Part shown: positions 17,282 through 28,600 of the stretch, piece by piece | Layout of the letters: the number at the start of each line of letters is the position of its first letter | Numbering within the stretch: position 1 is the first letter of the stretch | Source: an uncultured Myxococcales bacterium | GTDB lineage: Bacteria; Myxococcota_A; UBA9042; CAIXZC01 | Assembly (NCBI GenBank): GCA_964522395.1 | Contig: CAZFVN010000002.1 | Coordinates: 43,644-107,643, forward strand | Direction: 5' to 3' | Length of the DNA: 64,000 nucleotides | Notes under the pieces: model-generated | The model's database searches: none | The model's input: the letters and a program-made list of their open reading frames with translations, nothing else | What the model was told of the DNA's origin: nothing | Position numbers and translations under genes: made by a program

Positions 17282-20200
17282 ATGATAAGGAAAGTTAGCT
17301 GTGGTGCCGGTTTTGCGATGTTCGTACTGACCGCTCTTATGTCTGTTACGGCCTGGGCTGCGGCTCCGGCAGCGCTCTCTTATCAGGGCTTTCTCACCGA
17401 CTCGGTTGGCAACCCGGTAACGGGGACGTGGACGGTCACCTTTGGCCTCTACGCCGAGCCATCTGGCGGCGATGCCCTCTTCCAGGAGTCCCTGGACGTA
17501 ACCACCGACAAGGGTCTTTTCAGCATCTACCTGGGAACTCCGGATAATCCCCTGCCGTTGGCCGAGTTTGAAGCCGGGCAGCTCTTTCTGGGGCTGACGG
17601 TAGAAACTGATGACGGCCCCGTGGCGCTGACTCCACGGCAGCAGGTCGTATCGGACCCCTATGCTCTCTATGCTCAGGATGCCGCCCAACTTGGTGGCCA
17701 GGATTCGTCCGCTTTTGTATTGCTCCAGCAATTGCCTGACCTGTGCATTACGCCTGAGGCATTGCCAGAAGTGCTGGCCGAGTTGGGTGTTGTCGGGGGC
17801 GGCCTGGACGAAGAGGCATTGGCCGCCTGGCTCCTGATAAATGGCTACAACGCTTGCGCCTGTTACGCGGATGACAACGTGGAGGACTATCTGGTTGCTG
17901 CCGGCTATGAGCCTGGACCACATTTCTCCGCTCTCTACGAGGATCTCCTCGATGCCCCCGATCTCACCGGCTTCATGACTGCCGAGGATGTTGCGGAGGC
18001 GCTGTCCAATCTGGGAGCGGTGCTCCTGGCCGACGGTTCAGTAGCTTTGGCAGGAGACTTCGATTTCGCCGGTTTCCAGGCTCTCAATCTGGCTGTGCAC
18101 AACTCGTTGGAGCCGCCGGTGGAACCGGTGGCAGGTCAGCTCTGGTGGGATCTCACCGAGGGTCTACTGAAGGTCTATACGGGCCAGGCCTGGTCTGGTA
18201 TTGGCACCGGTGTGGCAGCAGATCTCTCTTGCCCCGGTTGCGTGGATTCAGACGATGTGGCCTTTACTTTTGCCGCCGCTGACCAGAAGGGGGGGGCCGC
18301 GCTTAACGTCAACTGCTTCCAGTGTATCAGCTCGGCCGAAGTGAACTTCGCCTGGGCCAAGGCCGTTGAACCGGGTGGGGCTGCAAAGCACTCTGTGACC
18401 GCCGACACAGCTTTCCTCGCCGAAGATTTGGAGTGCCCGGGTTGCGTTGGTCTCGCCGACATCGACGCTGCCGCTCTCGCCTCGGAGGTCGTGAGCTTCG
18501 ATGACTCCAAAGCCAAACTCGGCGCCGACACTGTCCAGGGAGCATTTGAGAAACTGGCCGCCGCAGGTGGCTCCAGCGCGGTGGAGGGAAATGGGACCAT
18601 TGTCCCCTACGTTGAGCAATGGGGTCTGCCAGCCTACGGCACGGCAACTACCTATTTGCATCTTATGAATCCTGCCACCCCGAAGGTGCTCATGCATCTC
18701 TACGCCGACGATTCGGCGAGCTTCGCATCTTCCAACAACCTGGTAGTGGCCTATGCTTTTGCCCCCAACCAGTATTCAGCCGGGGCCATTGGCAACCAGG
18801 GTGAGACGGCGCTGCAGGTAGGCAACCCCAGCACCTTCAATAGTGGCAGCCACATCATGATCCATCAGACCGTGGGTGGAAATGGGACCACCGGTGGAAC
18901 CTGGGAGTTGAACCAGGTCAAGTCGGTGAATGGCTCGACCCTGCATCTCATCAAGCCGCTGGCCCATAGCTTTGTCACCGGTGGCACTGCGAAGGCCCAG
19001 GTGGTCCTGGCTGCCTCCTTCGGCAATGTCGAGATCGTCAACGGTGGGACGCTGAAGCCCTCTTCCCCACTGGCGGCCGATGGTTCCATGGGTGGCATCG
19101 TCTATGTGCGAGCCAACAAAGTCATGGTCAAGTCTGGCGGCAAGGTTGTGGCCGATGCCATGGGTTTCCTGCCCACTACTGGTGGTAACTACGCGCCCGG
19201 TTCCTCCGAGTGTGGTCTCGGGGTTCCGGGCAACTCCCAGCAGAACTGTAGTGGCGGTTCCGGTGGCTCCGAGTATTGCGCCAATGCAGGTGGCGGCGGC
19301 AACAAAACCGCAGGTGACAACGGCAAGACCTACGGCAATTGTCCGGGTGAGGCCGAGGGCGGTGCCAGCAAGGGCAACGCCAGTCTCACCACTCTGGAGT
19401 TTGGAGGGGCGGGCGGTAGCCGACACAACCTTGGCGGCACTGGCGGTGGCATTGTAGTCATTGGTGCACAGTCGATCATCGTTCAGGAGGGAGGCAGCGT
19501 TTCCGCCAATGGGTCTTCCCCGGTGAATGGTGGCTCTGGTGGTGGCGCCGGTGGCACCATCGCGCTGCTGGCCGATTTCCACCAATTGGATGGCCAGGTG
19601 GAGGCTTCTGGCGGTGCCGGTGGTACAGGTCAGTCTTGGAAGTTTATTGAGCCTGAAGAAGTGTCCAGCGTCTCCTTCGACACCCGCTCCCATGGTGGTG
19701 GGTATAGCCCCAAGCACAAAGAGTACTGGTATCCGGAGTGGGCTGGCAGTACCGTCTATCGCTTCAACGATCAATATCAGCAAGTCGGGTCCTTCAACAG
19801 TGGCGACTCGCACATAATGCAGATTTGGGGTGATACGGACGGAACCTACTACACCGCTAACTGGAGCCATGACCGGATTCGCAAGTTCCAGGACAAGAGC
19901 GGTAGCCAGATCTGGGAGTACAGCACGGGGGCCACGGCCGGTGGTGTTTGCCACGATGGGACCTATCTCTATGCGATGCGTGAGAGTGGCCAGAGTGTTT
20001 ACAAACTCAATCCCGCCAATGGGCAGTTGGTCGAAACTATCGATCTGCCGAACATCCCCAATAGCTTGTACGGCGGTCTAGTTTGCATTCCTGGACGTAT
20101 CTACTATGCCAATACCGGTTCTCAGGTACGCTACTATGATCTAAAGACCAAACAACAGCTAGGCCTCTTCGATAGTGGGGTGGCCGGGTACAATACATCT

Positions 20201-21391
20201 TTCGACGGGCAGCACATGCTGATATCCGCCAATAACAGCAACGTCAAACGTTTCAAACTCATCGACGGTAATGTCTACGGTCCGCCTGGGGAGGGCGGTG
20301 ACGGCGGCGAAGGCTGGGTACTTTCGAAGTCTCCGGTATCGGGGATTATCAACGAATCCTACCCGAAGGGTATCGAAATCTGGGTGGACGGTGCTGAAGT
20401 AACTCCGCTCGTGGGAGACCCCAATGGCAAGGGCTCACCCGCCTGGGATGCGGATGTTCAGAAGTGGGGCAAGGACGGTCTCGACGCCTGGGCAACTGGT
20501 TCCCTCGACCTTTCCACAGTTGCCAACTGGACCCTGGGCGAACACTCGATTCAGGTGAAGGAAACCGGCGGAGCCGGTGGCGACGTGAAGATGTTTGCCT
20601 ACGTCATCTACCCCTTCACCAAGTCCTCGGCACCCATGAATGACACCTGCGAAACGCCGGCCATGCTGGACGTCTCTGACACGATCACCGTGACCGGAAC
20701 GACGGAAGACGTGATGGGCAAGATTAAGGCAACCGATGCCAATGCCGGGCCTTTCTGCGGCGGGTCTGGAGGGGCGGATGTCACCTACGGCTTCGCGCTG
20801 GATGATTGGCGCAGCCTGGATATCTCGGTGACCGCGGCATTCTCCTCACGCTTTTACGTGCGCAAGGGAAGTTGTGACGAAGGAGAAGTGGTGGCCTGTG
20901 GCACAGATTCGGTGAGTACAGGCGTATTGGAGCCGGGGACCTACTATTTGATCGTAGATTCCAACGGTAACCTCCACAAGGGTGATTTCAGCCTCACCAT
21001 CGTACCCTCACCACCCGATGCGCCCGATAACGACTCGTGTGCAGCTCCTCAGCAGCTGATCTTCCAGAACAACACCTCGCAGGCCAGCGGTATGACTCTC
21101 TTCTCCAACGATCTCTCCTCCGCTCCATGCGGGGGGGCTGGGGCACCGGAAAATGTCTTCTCCTTCGTGGTTCCCGCGGGCATGGCGAAACTGGGCTTCT
21201 CCGTGGATGCTGACTTCGACCCGGTAGTCTATCTGGTGCCAGAGAATTGCGCCGGACCGCCAGTGGCTTGCATTCCCGATGTTAGCTACGAAATGGGCTG
21301 GCCGGGGCAGGGTACTTACTACCTCTTTGTGGATGGCAAGACGGCCAACGACAAGGGGCTCTACACTCTCACCGTAACAATGACTCAATAG
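17282..21391 (+). CDS. Array paralog E, long form, 1369 aa. Secreted multidomain protein.
   Basis: ATG 17282 is preceded by GGTGG 6 nt upstream. Signal peptide ...TALMSVTAWA|AAPAAL. Its C-terminal PPC-like domain is of the LHKGDF / LSSAPCGG subtype, shared with paralog F and the 5' fragment. Confidence 0.85.
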   Translation: MIRKVSCGAGFAMFVLTALMSVTAWAAAPAALSYQGFLTDSVGNPVTGTWTVTFGLYAEPSGGDALFQESLDVTTDKGLFSIYLGTPDNPLPLAEFEAGQLFLGLTVETDDGPVALTPRQQVVSDPYALYAQDAAQLGGQDSSAFVLLQQLPDLCITPEALPEVLAELGVVGGGLDEEALAAWLLINGYNACACYADDNVEDYLVAAGYEPGPHFSALYEDLLDAPDLTGFMTAEDVAEALSNLGAVLLADGSVALAGDFDFAGFQALNLAVHNSLEPPVEPVAGQLWWDLTEGLLKVYTGQAWSGIGTGVAADLSCPGCVDSDDVAFTFAAADQKGGAALNVNCFQCISSAEVNFAWAKAVEPGGAAKHSVTADTAFLAEDLECPGCVGLADIDAAALASEVVSFDDSKAKLGADTVQGAFEKLAAAGGSSAVEGNGTIVPYVEQWGLPAYGTATTYLHLMNPATPKVLMHLYADDSASFASSNNLVVAYAFAPNQYSAGAIGNQGETALQVGNPSTFNSGSHIMIHQTVGGNGTTGGTWELNQVKSVNGSTLHLIKPLAHSFVTGGTAKAQVVLAASFGNVEIVNGGTLKPSSPLAADGSMGGIVYVRANKVMVKSGGKVVADAMGFLPTTGGNYAPGSSECGLGVPGNSQQNCSGGSGGSEYCANAGGGGNKTAGDNGKTYGNCPGEAEGGASKGNASLTTLEFGGAGGSRHNLGGTGGGIVVIGAQSIIVQEGGSVSANGSSPVNGGSGGGAGGTIALLADFHQLDGQVEASGGAGGTGQSWKFIEPEEVSSVSFDTRSHGGGYSPKHKEYWYPEWAGSTVYRFNDQYQQVGSFNSGDSHIMQIWGDTDGTYYTANWSHDRIRKFQDKSGSQIWEYSTGATAGGVCHDGTYLYAMRESGQSVYKLNPANGQLVETIDLPNIPNSLYGGLVCIPGRIYYANTGSQVRYYDLKTKQQLGLFDSGVAGYNTSFDGQHMLISANNSNVKRFKLIDGNVYGPPGEGGDGGEGWVLSKSPVSGIINESYPKGIEIWVDGAEVTPLVGDPNGKGSPAWDADVQKWGKDGLDAWATGSLDLSTVANWTLGEHSIQVKETGGAGGDVKMFAYVIYPFTKSSAPMNDTCETPAMLDVSDTITVTGTTEDVMGKIKATDANAGPFCGGSGGADVTYGFALDDWRSLDISVTAAFSSRFYVRKGSCDEGEVVACGTDSVSTGVLEPGTYYLIVDSNGNLHKGDFSLTIVPSPPDAPDNDSCAAPQQLIFQNNTSQASGMTLFSNDLSSAPCGGAGAPENVFSFVVPAGMAKLGFSVDADFDPVVYLVPENCAGPPVACIPDVSYEMGWPGQGTYYLFVDGKTANDKGLYTLTVTMTQ

Positions 21392-21441
21392 TCTCAGTGG
21401 GTGAGGCAAAAGATGAATGTGAACAGGATGGGTGGTTATTC
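21392..21441 (+). promoter_or_regulatory. E/F junction leader. It holds GGGTGAGGCAAAAGATG and an 11-codon +1-frame uORF (21413-21448, MNVNRMGGYSC) overlapping the main ATG at 21442.
   Basis: Read directly from the sequence. The same motif order as the D/E junction. Confidence 0.5.
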
Positions 21442-24400
21442 ATGTTAGAGAATCTCAACCGCAGTGCTGGCTTTGTGACGTTCATTCTATCCTTGATTAT
21501 CTCTTTCTCGGCGCATGCTGCGGCTCCCGCAGCACTCTCCTACCAGGGTTTCCTGACGGACTCGGTGGGGAATCCTGTGTCCGGGACCTGGACGGTTACC
21601 TTCGGCCTCTACGATGAGCCGTCGGGTGGCGATTCTCTCTTCATGGAGTCTCTGGACGTGACGACAGATAAGGGGCTCTTCAGTGTCTACCTGGGGACGC
21701 CGGACAATCCGCTTCCGGTGGCCTCTTTTGAAACCGGCCAGCTCTTTCTGGAGTTGACGGTGGAAACGGATGATGGCCCTGTGGCCTTGACGCCGCGGCA
21801 GCAGGTGGTGTCGGATCCATATGCACTCTACGCCCAGGATGCGGCCCAACTCGGAGGTGAAGATGCCGCGGCATTTGTGCTGCTGCAACAACTGCCCGAA
21901 CTCTGCATTACTCCCGAGGCTCTGCCCGATGTCCTAGTGGAACTTGGCATCACCGGTGGCGGGTTGGATGAAGCGGCACTGGCCGCGTGGCTGCTGGCCA
22001 ATTCCTATGTAGACGAGACTTTGCTTGCAACGTGGCTACTTGAAAATGGCTACGAGGTTGGAGCCCACTTTTCCGGTCTCTACGAAGACCTGATTGATGC
22101 CCCGGACCTTTCTGGTTTCATGACCGCGGATGATATTGCCCAGGCACTTTCAGATCTTGGGGCGGTGCTGCTGGCGGATGGTTCTGTAGCGCTGGAAGGT
22201 GACTTTGACTTCGCTGGCTTCCAGGCGCTCAATCTAGCTGTACACAACTCCTTGGAGCCACCCGATGAGCCTGTTGCAGGGCAACTCTGGTGGGACCTCA
22301 ATGATTCGTTGCTGCGAGTCTACACCGGGGAAACGTGGTCGGGAATCGGTACTGGAGTAGCGGCTGACCTATCCTGCCCGGAGTGTGTTGAGGCTGATGA
22401 CGTGGCCTTCACCTTTGCCGCGGCTGACCAGAAGGGCGGTGCAGCTCTAAATGTAAACTGCTTTCAGTGCATCAGCGAGAGTGAAGTGAGCTTCTCCTGG
22501 GCCAAGGGCGTGTCTCCTGGCGGGGATGCGGAGCACGCGCATACCGCTGACAGTGCGACCACCGCGCTGTCGGCCGAGACTGCAGAAGATGTGAATTGCC
22601 CCGGTTGCGTGGACCTGGTGGACATCAATCCCGCGGCCCTGGCCGGTTCGGTGGTGAGCTTCGATGACTCCAATGCCAAACTGGGGGCCAATAACCTCCA
22701 GGCTGCGGTCGACAAACTTGCCGCGGTTGGCGGTAGCAGCGCGGTGGAGGGGAATGGCACCATCGTCCCCTACGTAGAGCAGTGGGGACTGCCGGCATAT
22801 GGCACGGCAACGACCTATCTCCACCTCATGAATCCCACAACACCAAAGGTGCTTATGCATCTCTATGCCGACGATTCGGCGAGCTTTGCATCTTCCAATA
22901 ACCTGGTTGTGGCCTATGCGTTTGCTCCCAATCAGTATTCAGCGGGGGCCATTGGCAATACCGGGGAGACTGCACTGCAGGTCAGCAACCCCAGCACCTT
23001 CAACAGCGGTAGTCACATCATGATTCATCAAACCATCGGTGGCAACGGCACCACCGCAGGGACCTGGGAGCTGAATCAGGTGAAGTCGGTCAATGGTTCA
23101 ACGCTGCATCTTATCAAGCCGCTGGAGGATAGCTTTGTCACCGGTGGTGGAGCGAAAGCGCAGGTTGTTCTTGCCGCGTCTTTTGGCAATGTGGAAATCG
23201 TAAATGGTGGAACCCTGAAACCCTCCAGCCCCCTGGCAGCAGACGGTTCCCAAGGTGGCATCATTTACGTACGAGCCAACAAGGTAGTGGTCAGTTCGGG
23301 GGGCCGAATTGATGCCGACGGTGCTGGTTTTGACCCGACGCCTGGCGGGTACTTCGCACCTGGTTCATCTGAGTGTGGCCTGGGGGTCCCCGGCGATTCG
23401 CAGCAGAACTGCTCTGGTGGTGCTGGTGGCGGAAAGTTCTGCGCCAACGCTGGTGGTGGAGGCAACAAAACCGCAGGGGAAGATGGAGCAAATTACGACA
23501 ACTGTCCCACGGAGGCCAGCGGAGGCGCAGAGAAGGGCGATAGTAATCTGTCCACCCTGGAGTTCGGCGGTGCGGGAGGTAGCCAGTACGGATTGGGTGG
23601 CGCTGGTGGCGGCATTGTAGTTATCGGCGCTCAGTCCTTTGTCGTGAAAGATGGCGGCAAGGTTTCGGCCAATGGTATGGCGGCCGAGATCGGTGGGTCA
23701 GGTGGTGGTGCTGGCGGGTCGATTGTTCTCATGGCCGATTTTCACCAGTTGGATGGTGAGGTCGCGGCCGCAGGTGGCAAGGGCGGAGAAGGCGTTACCT
23801 GGAAGTTTATTGATCCAGAAGAGGTTGCCTCCGTGTCCTTCGATACTCACTCCTACGGTGGCGGCTATAGTTACAAACACAAGGAGTTCTGGTACCCGGA
23901 ATGGTCAGGCACCACGGTCTATCGATTCAACGAGAGCTATCAGTCCGTGGGGTCCTTCAATTCCGGTTCCGGGGATATGATGGGTTTCTGGGTGGATGCG
24001 GATGGCTCCTACTATACGGCCAACTGGGGTCAGGGAGTGGTGCGAAGATGGCAAGAGAAGAGTAACAATCAGATGTGGCAGCACAGCATTGGAGCCGATG
24101 CGGGAGGTGTTTGCACCGACGGTACGTATGTCTACGCCATGCGCAACGGCAGCAATACAGTTTACAAGCTCAATCGAGCCAACGGCGCGGAGATCGAGAC
24201 CTTCTCTCTTCCCAACATCAGCGGCACTCTCTACGGTGGACTTCTCTGCATCCCGGGTCGCCTCTACTTTGGCAACACTGGTAGCAACCTGAACTACTAC
24301 CATCTGGCGACCAAGCAACTGATTGGCAACTTCACGACGGGTAGCGGCGTCCACAACCTCTCTTTCGACGGGCAGTTCATGTATACGTCGCCAAACAGCT

Positions 24401-25554
24401 CTGATGTGAAGCGTTTCAAACTGTTGGAAGGCAACAGCTTCGAGCCAGTAGGCGACGGCGGCGACGGAGGCGATGGCTGGGTTCTCGAAAAAGCCCCCGT
24501 TTCCGGCATCATCAACGAATCCTACCCCAAGGGCATCGAAATCTGGGTCGATGGCAAAGAAGTGACGCCAATTGTTGGGGACCCCAATGGAAAGGGAACC
24601 CCCGCCTGGGATGGTGATGCCCAGAAATGGGGAAAGGATGGTCTGGATGCCTGGTCAACCGGCTCCCTCGATCTTTCCACGGTGGCCAATTGGACCTTGG
24701 GAGAGCACTCCATTCAGGTGAAGGAAACCGGTGGGGCCGGCGGTGACGTGAAGATGTTTGCCTATGTCATCTACCCCTTCACAAAGTCATCTGCACCCCT
24801 CAATGACACCTGCGATTCACCGGTGATGCTTGATGTTTCGGATACCGTGACAGTCACAGGAACGACCGAAGATGTAATGGGCAAGATCAAGGCAACTGAT
24901 GCCAATACCGGGCCCTTTTGTGGTGGTTCGGGCGGTGCGGATGTTACCTACGGGTTTGCCTTGGATGATTGGCGCACGCTGGATATCTCAGTAACTGCCG
25001 CATTCTCTTCCCGATTCTACGTGCGCAAGGGAAGTTGCGACGAAGGCGAGGTTGTTGCCTGTGGCACTGAGACGGTCAACACCGGAGTCCTGGAGCCGGG
25101 GACTTACTATTTGATCGTCGATTCCAATGGCAATTTGCACAAGGGTGACTTCACCCTCACTGTGGTGCCCTCTCCGCCCGACGCTCCAGACAACGACTCT
25201 TGCGCGGCCCCGCAACAATTGATCTTCCAGAACAACACCTCTCAGGCCTCCGGCATGACTCTCTTTTCCAACGACCTCTCTTCGGCGCCTTGCGGGGGGG
25301 TCGGCGCACCGGAAAATGTGTTCTCATTCACGGTGCCCGCTGGTACCTCGAAGCTAAGCTTTTCGGTAGATGCTGACTTTGATCCGGTCATCTATCTGGT
25401 GCTAACAGATTGCGGAGGGCAGGCGGTGGCTTGCATTCCGGACATTACCTATGAGATGGGCTGGCCCGGACCGGGCACTTACTACCTCTTTGTGGATGGC
25501 AAGACGGCCAACGACAAGGGGCTCTATACGCTGACAGTAAGCATGACTCAGTAG
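21442..25554 (+). CDS. Array paralog F, long form. Secreted multidomain protein.
   Basis: The ORF is open from a GTG at 21397. The probable start is ATG 21442 (MLENLNRSAGFVTFILSLIISFSAHA|AAPAAL). The beta-propeller-like insert is present, with a diverged sequence. Confidence 0.75.
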   Translation: MLENLNRSAGFVTFILSLIISFSAHAAAPAALSYQGFLTDSVGNPVSGTWTVTFGLYDEPSGGDSLFMESLDVTTDKGLFSVYLGTPDNPLPVASFETGQLFLELTVETDDGPVALTPRQQVVSDPYALYAQDAAQLGGEDAAAFVLLQQLPELCITPEALPDVLVELGITGGGLDEAALAAWLLANSYVDETLLATWLLENGYEVGAHFSGLYEDLIDAPDLSGFMTADDIAQALSDLGAVLLADGSVALEGDFDFAGFQALNLAVHNSLEPPDEPVAGQLWWDLNDSLLRVYTGETWSGIGTGVAADLSCPECVEADDVAFTFAAADQKGGAALNVNCFQCISESEVSFSWAKGVSPGGDAEHAHTADSATTALSAETAEDVNCPGCVDLVDINPAALAGSVVSFDDSNAKLGANNLQAAVDKLAAVGGSSAVEGNGTIVPYVEQWGLPAYGTATTYLHLMNPTTPKVLMHLYADDSASFASSNNLVVAYAFAPNQYSAGAIGNTGETALQVSNPSTFNSGSHIMIHQTIGGNGTTAGTWELNQVKSVNGSTLHLIKPLEDSFVTGGGAKAQVVLAASFGNVEIVNGGTLKPSSPLAADGSQGGIIYVRANKVVVSSGGRIDADGAGFDPTPGGYFAPGSSECGLGVPGDSQQNCSGGAGGGKFCANAGGGGNKTAGEDGANYDNCPTEASGGAEKGDSNLSTLEFGGAGGSQYGLGGAGGGIVVIGAQSFVVKDGGKVSANGMAAEIGGSGGGAGGSIVLMADFHQLDGEVAAAGGKGGEGVTWKFIDPEEVASVSFDTHSYGGGYSYKHKEFWYPEWSGTTVYRFNESYQSVGSFNSGSGDMMGFWVDADGSYYTANWGQGVVRRWQEKSNNQMWQHSIGADAGGVCTDGTYVYAMRNGSNTVYKLNRANGAEIETFSLPNISGTLYGGLLCIPGRLYFGNTGSNLNYYHLATKQLIGNFTTGSGVHNLSFDGQFMYTSPNSSDVKRFKLLEGNSFEPVGDGGDGGDGWVLEKAPVSGIINESYPKGIEIWVDGKEVTPIVGDPNGKGTPAWDGDAQKWGKDGLDAWSTGSLDLSTVANWTLGEHSIQVKETGGAGGDVKMFAYVIYPFTKSSAPLNDTCDSPVMLDVSDTVTVTGTTEDVMGKIKATDANTGPFCGGSGGADVTYGFALDDWRTLDISVTAAFSSRFYVRKGSCDEGEVVACGTETVNTGVLEPGTYYLIVDSNGNLHKGDFTLTVVPSPPDAPDNDSCAAPQQLIFQNNTSQASGMTLFSNDLSSAPCGGVGAPENVFSFTVPAGTSKLSFSVDADFDPVIYLVLTDCGGQAVACIPDITYEMGWPGPGTYYLFVDGKTANDKGLYTLTVSMTQ

Positions 25555-25605
25555 TTTCAACGGGTGAGCCAATTGATGAGCACGACCCAAATGGATGGTT
25601 CAAAT

Positions 25606-28600
25606 ATGCGAAGGAAACTTAGCCGTAGTGTCTCAATTGCCTTGTTCTTGCTGACCGCACTCTGGTCATTCTCGGTTCTTGCAGCGGCCCCGGCGGCATT
25701 GTCCTACCAGGGGTTCTTGACCGATTCGGTAGGTAACCCTGTAAGTGGAACCTGGACGGTGACGTTTGGGCTCTTTGCCGCGCCTGGAGGTGGGGCCGCG
25801 CTCTTTGAGGAGTCGCTGGATGTGACCACCGATAAGGGACTCTTCTCGGTCTACCTGGGGACTCCTGACAATCCCTTGCCAACCGCCTCCTTCGAAACCG
25901 GCATGCTCTTCTTGGAGCTGACGGTGGAGACCGACGACGGGCCCGTGGCGCTGTCGCCCAGGCAGCAGGTAGTGTCGGATCCCTACGCTCTCTATGCTCA
26001 AGATGCTGCACAACTTGGTGGTGAAAATGCCGCCGCGTTCGTGCTTCTGCAGCAACTTCCTGACCTTTGCATTACACCCGAGGCTCTCCCCGATGTTCTG
26101 GAGGAGCTTGGCATCACCGGGGGCGGGCTTGATGAAGAAGCCCTGGCCGCGTGGCTACTGGCCAATGCTTTCTTGGATGAGGCGGCTCTTTCCGAGTGGC
26201 TATTGGCCAATGGATATGACCCCTGCGCCTGTTACGGCGACGAGGGCGTGGCTGCCTATCTGGCTGTCGAGGGCTTCATTGCAGGACCACATTTCTCGGG
26301 CCTCTATGAAGATCTTATAGACCCCCCGGACCTCTCCGGGTTTATGACCTCGGATGATGTAGCAGAGCTACTCTCTGACCTCGGCGCGGTGCTCCTGGCT
26401 GATGGCTCGGTGGCCCTTGAAGGGCATCTCGATTTCGCCGGCTTCGAAGCGCTCAACTTAGCCGTGCACAATTCAGAGGATGCTCCCGAGGAACCGGCAG
26501 TTGGGCAGCTCTGGTGGGATCTGAGCGAGGCTCTCCTCAAAGTCTACACCGGCGAGGCGTGGTCAGGGATTGGCACCGGCGTGGCGGCTGATATTGCCTG
26601 TCCAGAATGTGTCGACGCGGATGATGTGGCCTTTACCTTCGCCGCCGCTGACCAGAAAGGCGGGGCGGCGCTCAATGTCAACTGCTTCCAGTGCATCAAT
26701 GCCGACGAAGTGAGCTTCGCCTGGGCCAAAGGAGTGCTTCCAGGCGGGGATGCGGAGCATGCACTGACAGCGGACCTGGCAACCACCTCCCTTACCGCCG
26801 AAACGGCTTCAGATGTGGAATGCCCTGGTTGCGTTCAGGCTGGCGACATCGACCCCGCTGCCCTCGATGCCAAATTGGTGGCCTTCGATGATGCCGGTGC
26901 CGAATTGGGAGCCAACACCGTCCAAGCTGCCGTTGAGAAGCTGGCAGCCGCCGGTGGATCCGAAGCCAACGAAGGCAATGGGACAGTCATCTCCTACGAA
27001 CAGCAGTGGGGCCTGCCGTCCTACGGTCACGCAACAGAATATGTCCACCTGTTCAATCCGACCCAACCGAAGGTCATGGCCTATCTCTACGCCAGCGAAT
27101 CGACTAGTTTTGCTACCTCCAACAATCTGGTGGTGGCATACAACCATACACCCAACCAGTACAGTGAAGTTGCCCAGGGAACGGCGGGTGACACCGCTTT
27201 GGAGGTGAACAACCCCTCAATCTTCAACTATGGTAACCACATCATGGTTCACCAGACCGTAGGGAAGAACGGCAATGGCACGGACGCCGGGAATTGGGAA
27301 TTGAACCAGGTCATCGGTGTCAACGGAAACACCGTCTTGCTGGCCAAACCGCTGCTCAACACCTACTCCTCTGTCGATTGTGACGAGGGTCGGGCACAGG
27401 CAATTATCGCGGCTTCATACAACCTGCTGGAAGTGGTCAACGGTGGCCACGTCTACCCATCTAATTCGCTCTCTTCCACTTCGGAGACAAGAGGGGGCAT
27501 TGTCTATATCCGGGCCCGCAAGGTTGTCGTGAAGGCCGGTGGCAAGATCGATGCAGACAATCGTGGTTTTGAGGGTGGTGATTGGTATAGTTGCACCAAC
27601 GAGGCGGAGAAGGGCCATTCGGAATGTAGTACTTGTGAGAATAGCAACCTCATGGGCCAAAGCGCCAACTGTTCGGGCGGCGGTGGGAGCTACATCGGAT
27701 GTTCTAGTCCAGCCTATGGAGGTGCTGGCGGTGGGGGCAATAAGGCCGCTGGCCAGAAAGGGGGCGGTAGTCAACAGGCCTCTGGCGGCAACGCCAAAGG
27801 CGATGCTCTGTTAAACACTCTGCACTTTGGCGGGGCAGGTGGTAAATCGTACGCGCGTAGCGGCGGGCATGGCGGCGGCATGGTCGTATTGGGTGCGGAA
27901 ACCATCATAGTGGAAGCGGGCGGAACCATTTCCGCGAACGGAGCCAACGGTTCCTCCACCGGGAGTGGCAGTCAATCTGGCGGTGGTGGTGGCGCCGGCG
28001 GCACGGTAGCGCTCTTTGCCAATCAAGTGATAAATGAGGGGACCATCTCAGCCACCGGCGGTACAGGTGGTACCGGTCCCAAGGGCAATGGTGGCGACGG
28101 CGGCGAGGGTTGGGTGGTGCAGATAGACCCCATTCCAGGCGTCGTCAACGAATCCTACCCCAAGGGCATCGAATTCTGGGTCGACGACAAGAACATCACC
28201 CCGGAAGTTGGAGACCCCAACGGAAAGGGCGACCCATTCTGGGATGCCGATGGTGGCAAGTGGGGCAAGGATGGTCTGACCGCGTGGTCCACTGGAGCCC
28301 TCGACTTGACCTCCTTCGCCAACTGGACCCTGGGCGAGCACAAGATTGAACTCAAGGAGACCGGCGGCGCCGGCGGTGAGTTGAAGCTCTATATGTACAT
28401 TATCTATCCCTTTACCAAGGCCTCAGCCCCGGTGAACGATACGTGTGAGCAGCCCGTAATGATGGACCTATCGGGCCCAGTCACACTCACTGGTACCACT
28501 GAGGATATCATGGGCAAGATCAAGGCCACCGATGCCAATAATGGGCCTTTCTGTGGTGGCTCCGGCGGCCCCGACCTGGTTTATGGATTCACTCTTAACG

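Noticed and set aside
17250-17285. The 11-codon uORFs as conserved functional leader peptides.
   Set aside because: Their peptide sequences are not conserved between junctions (MMSKNGKGGSI versus MNVNRMGGYSC) and the same nucleotides are in frame with the main ORF in other copies. The conservation is therefore at the nucleotide level. It is retained as a regulatory or coupling finding and not annotated as CDS.
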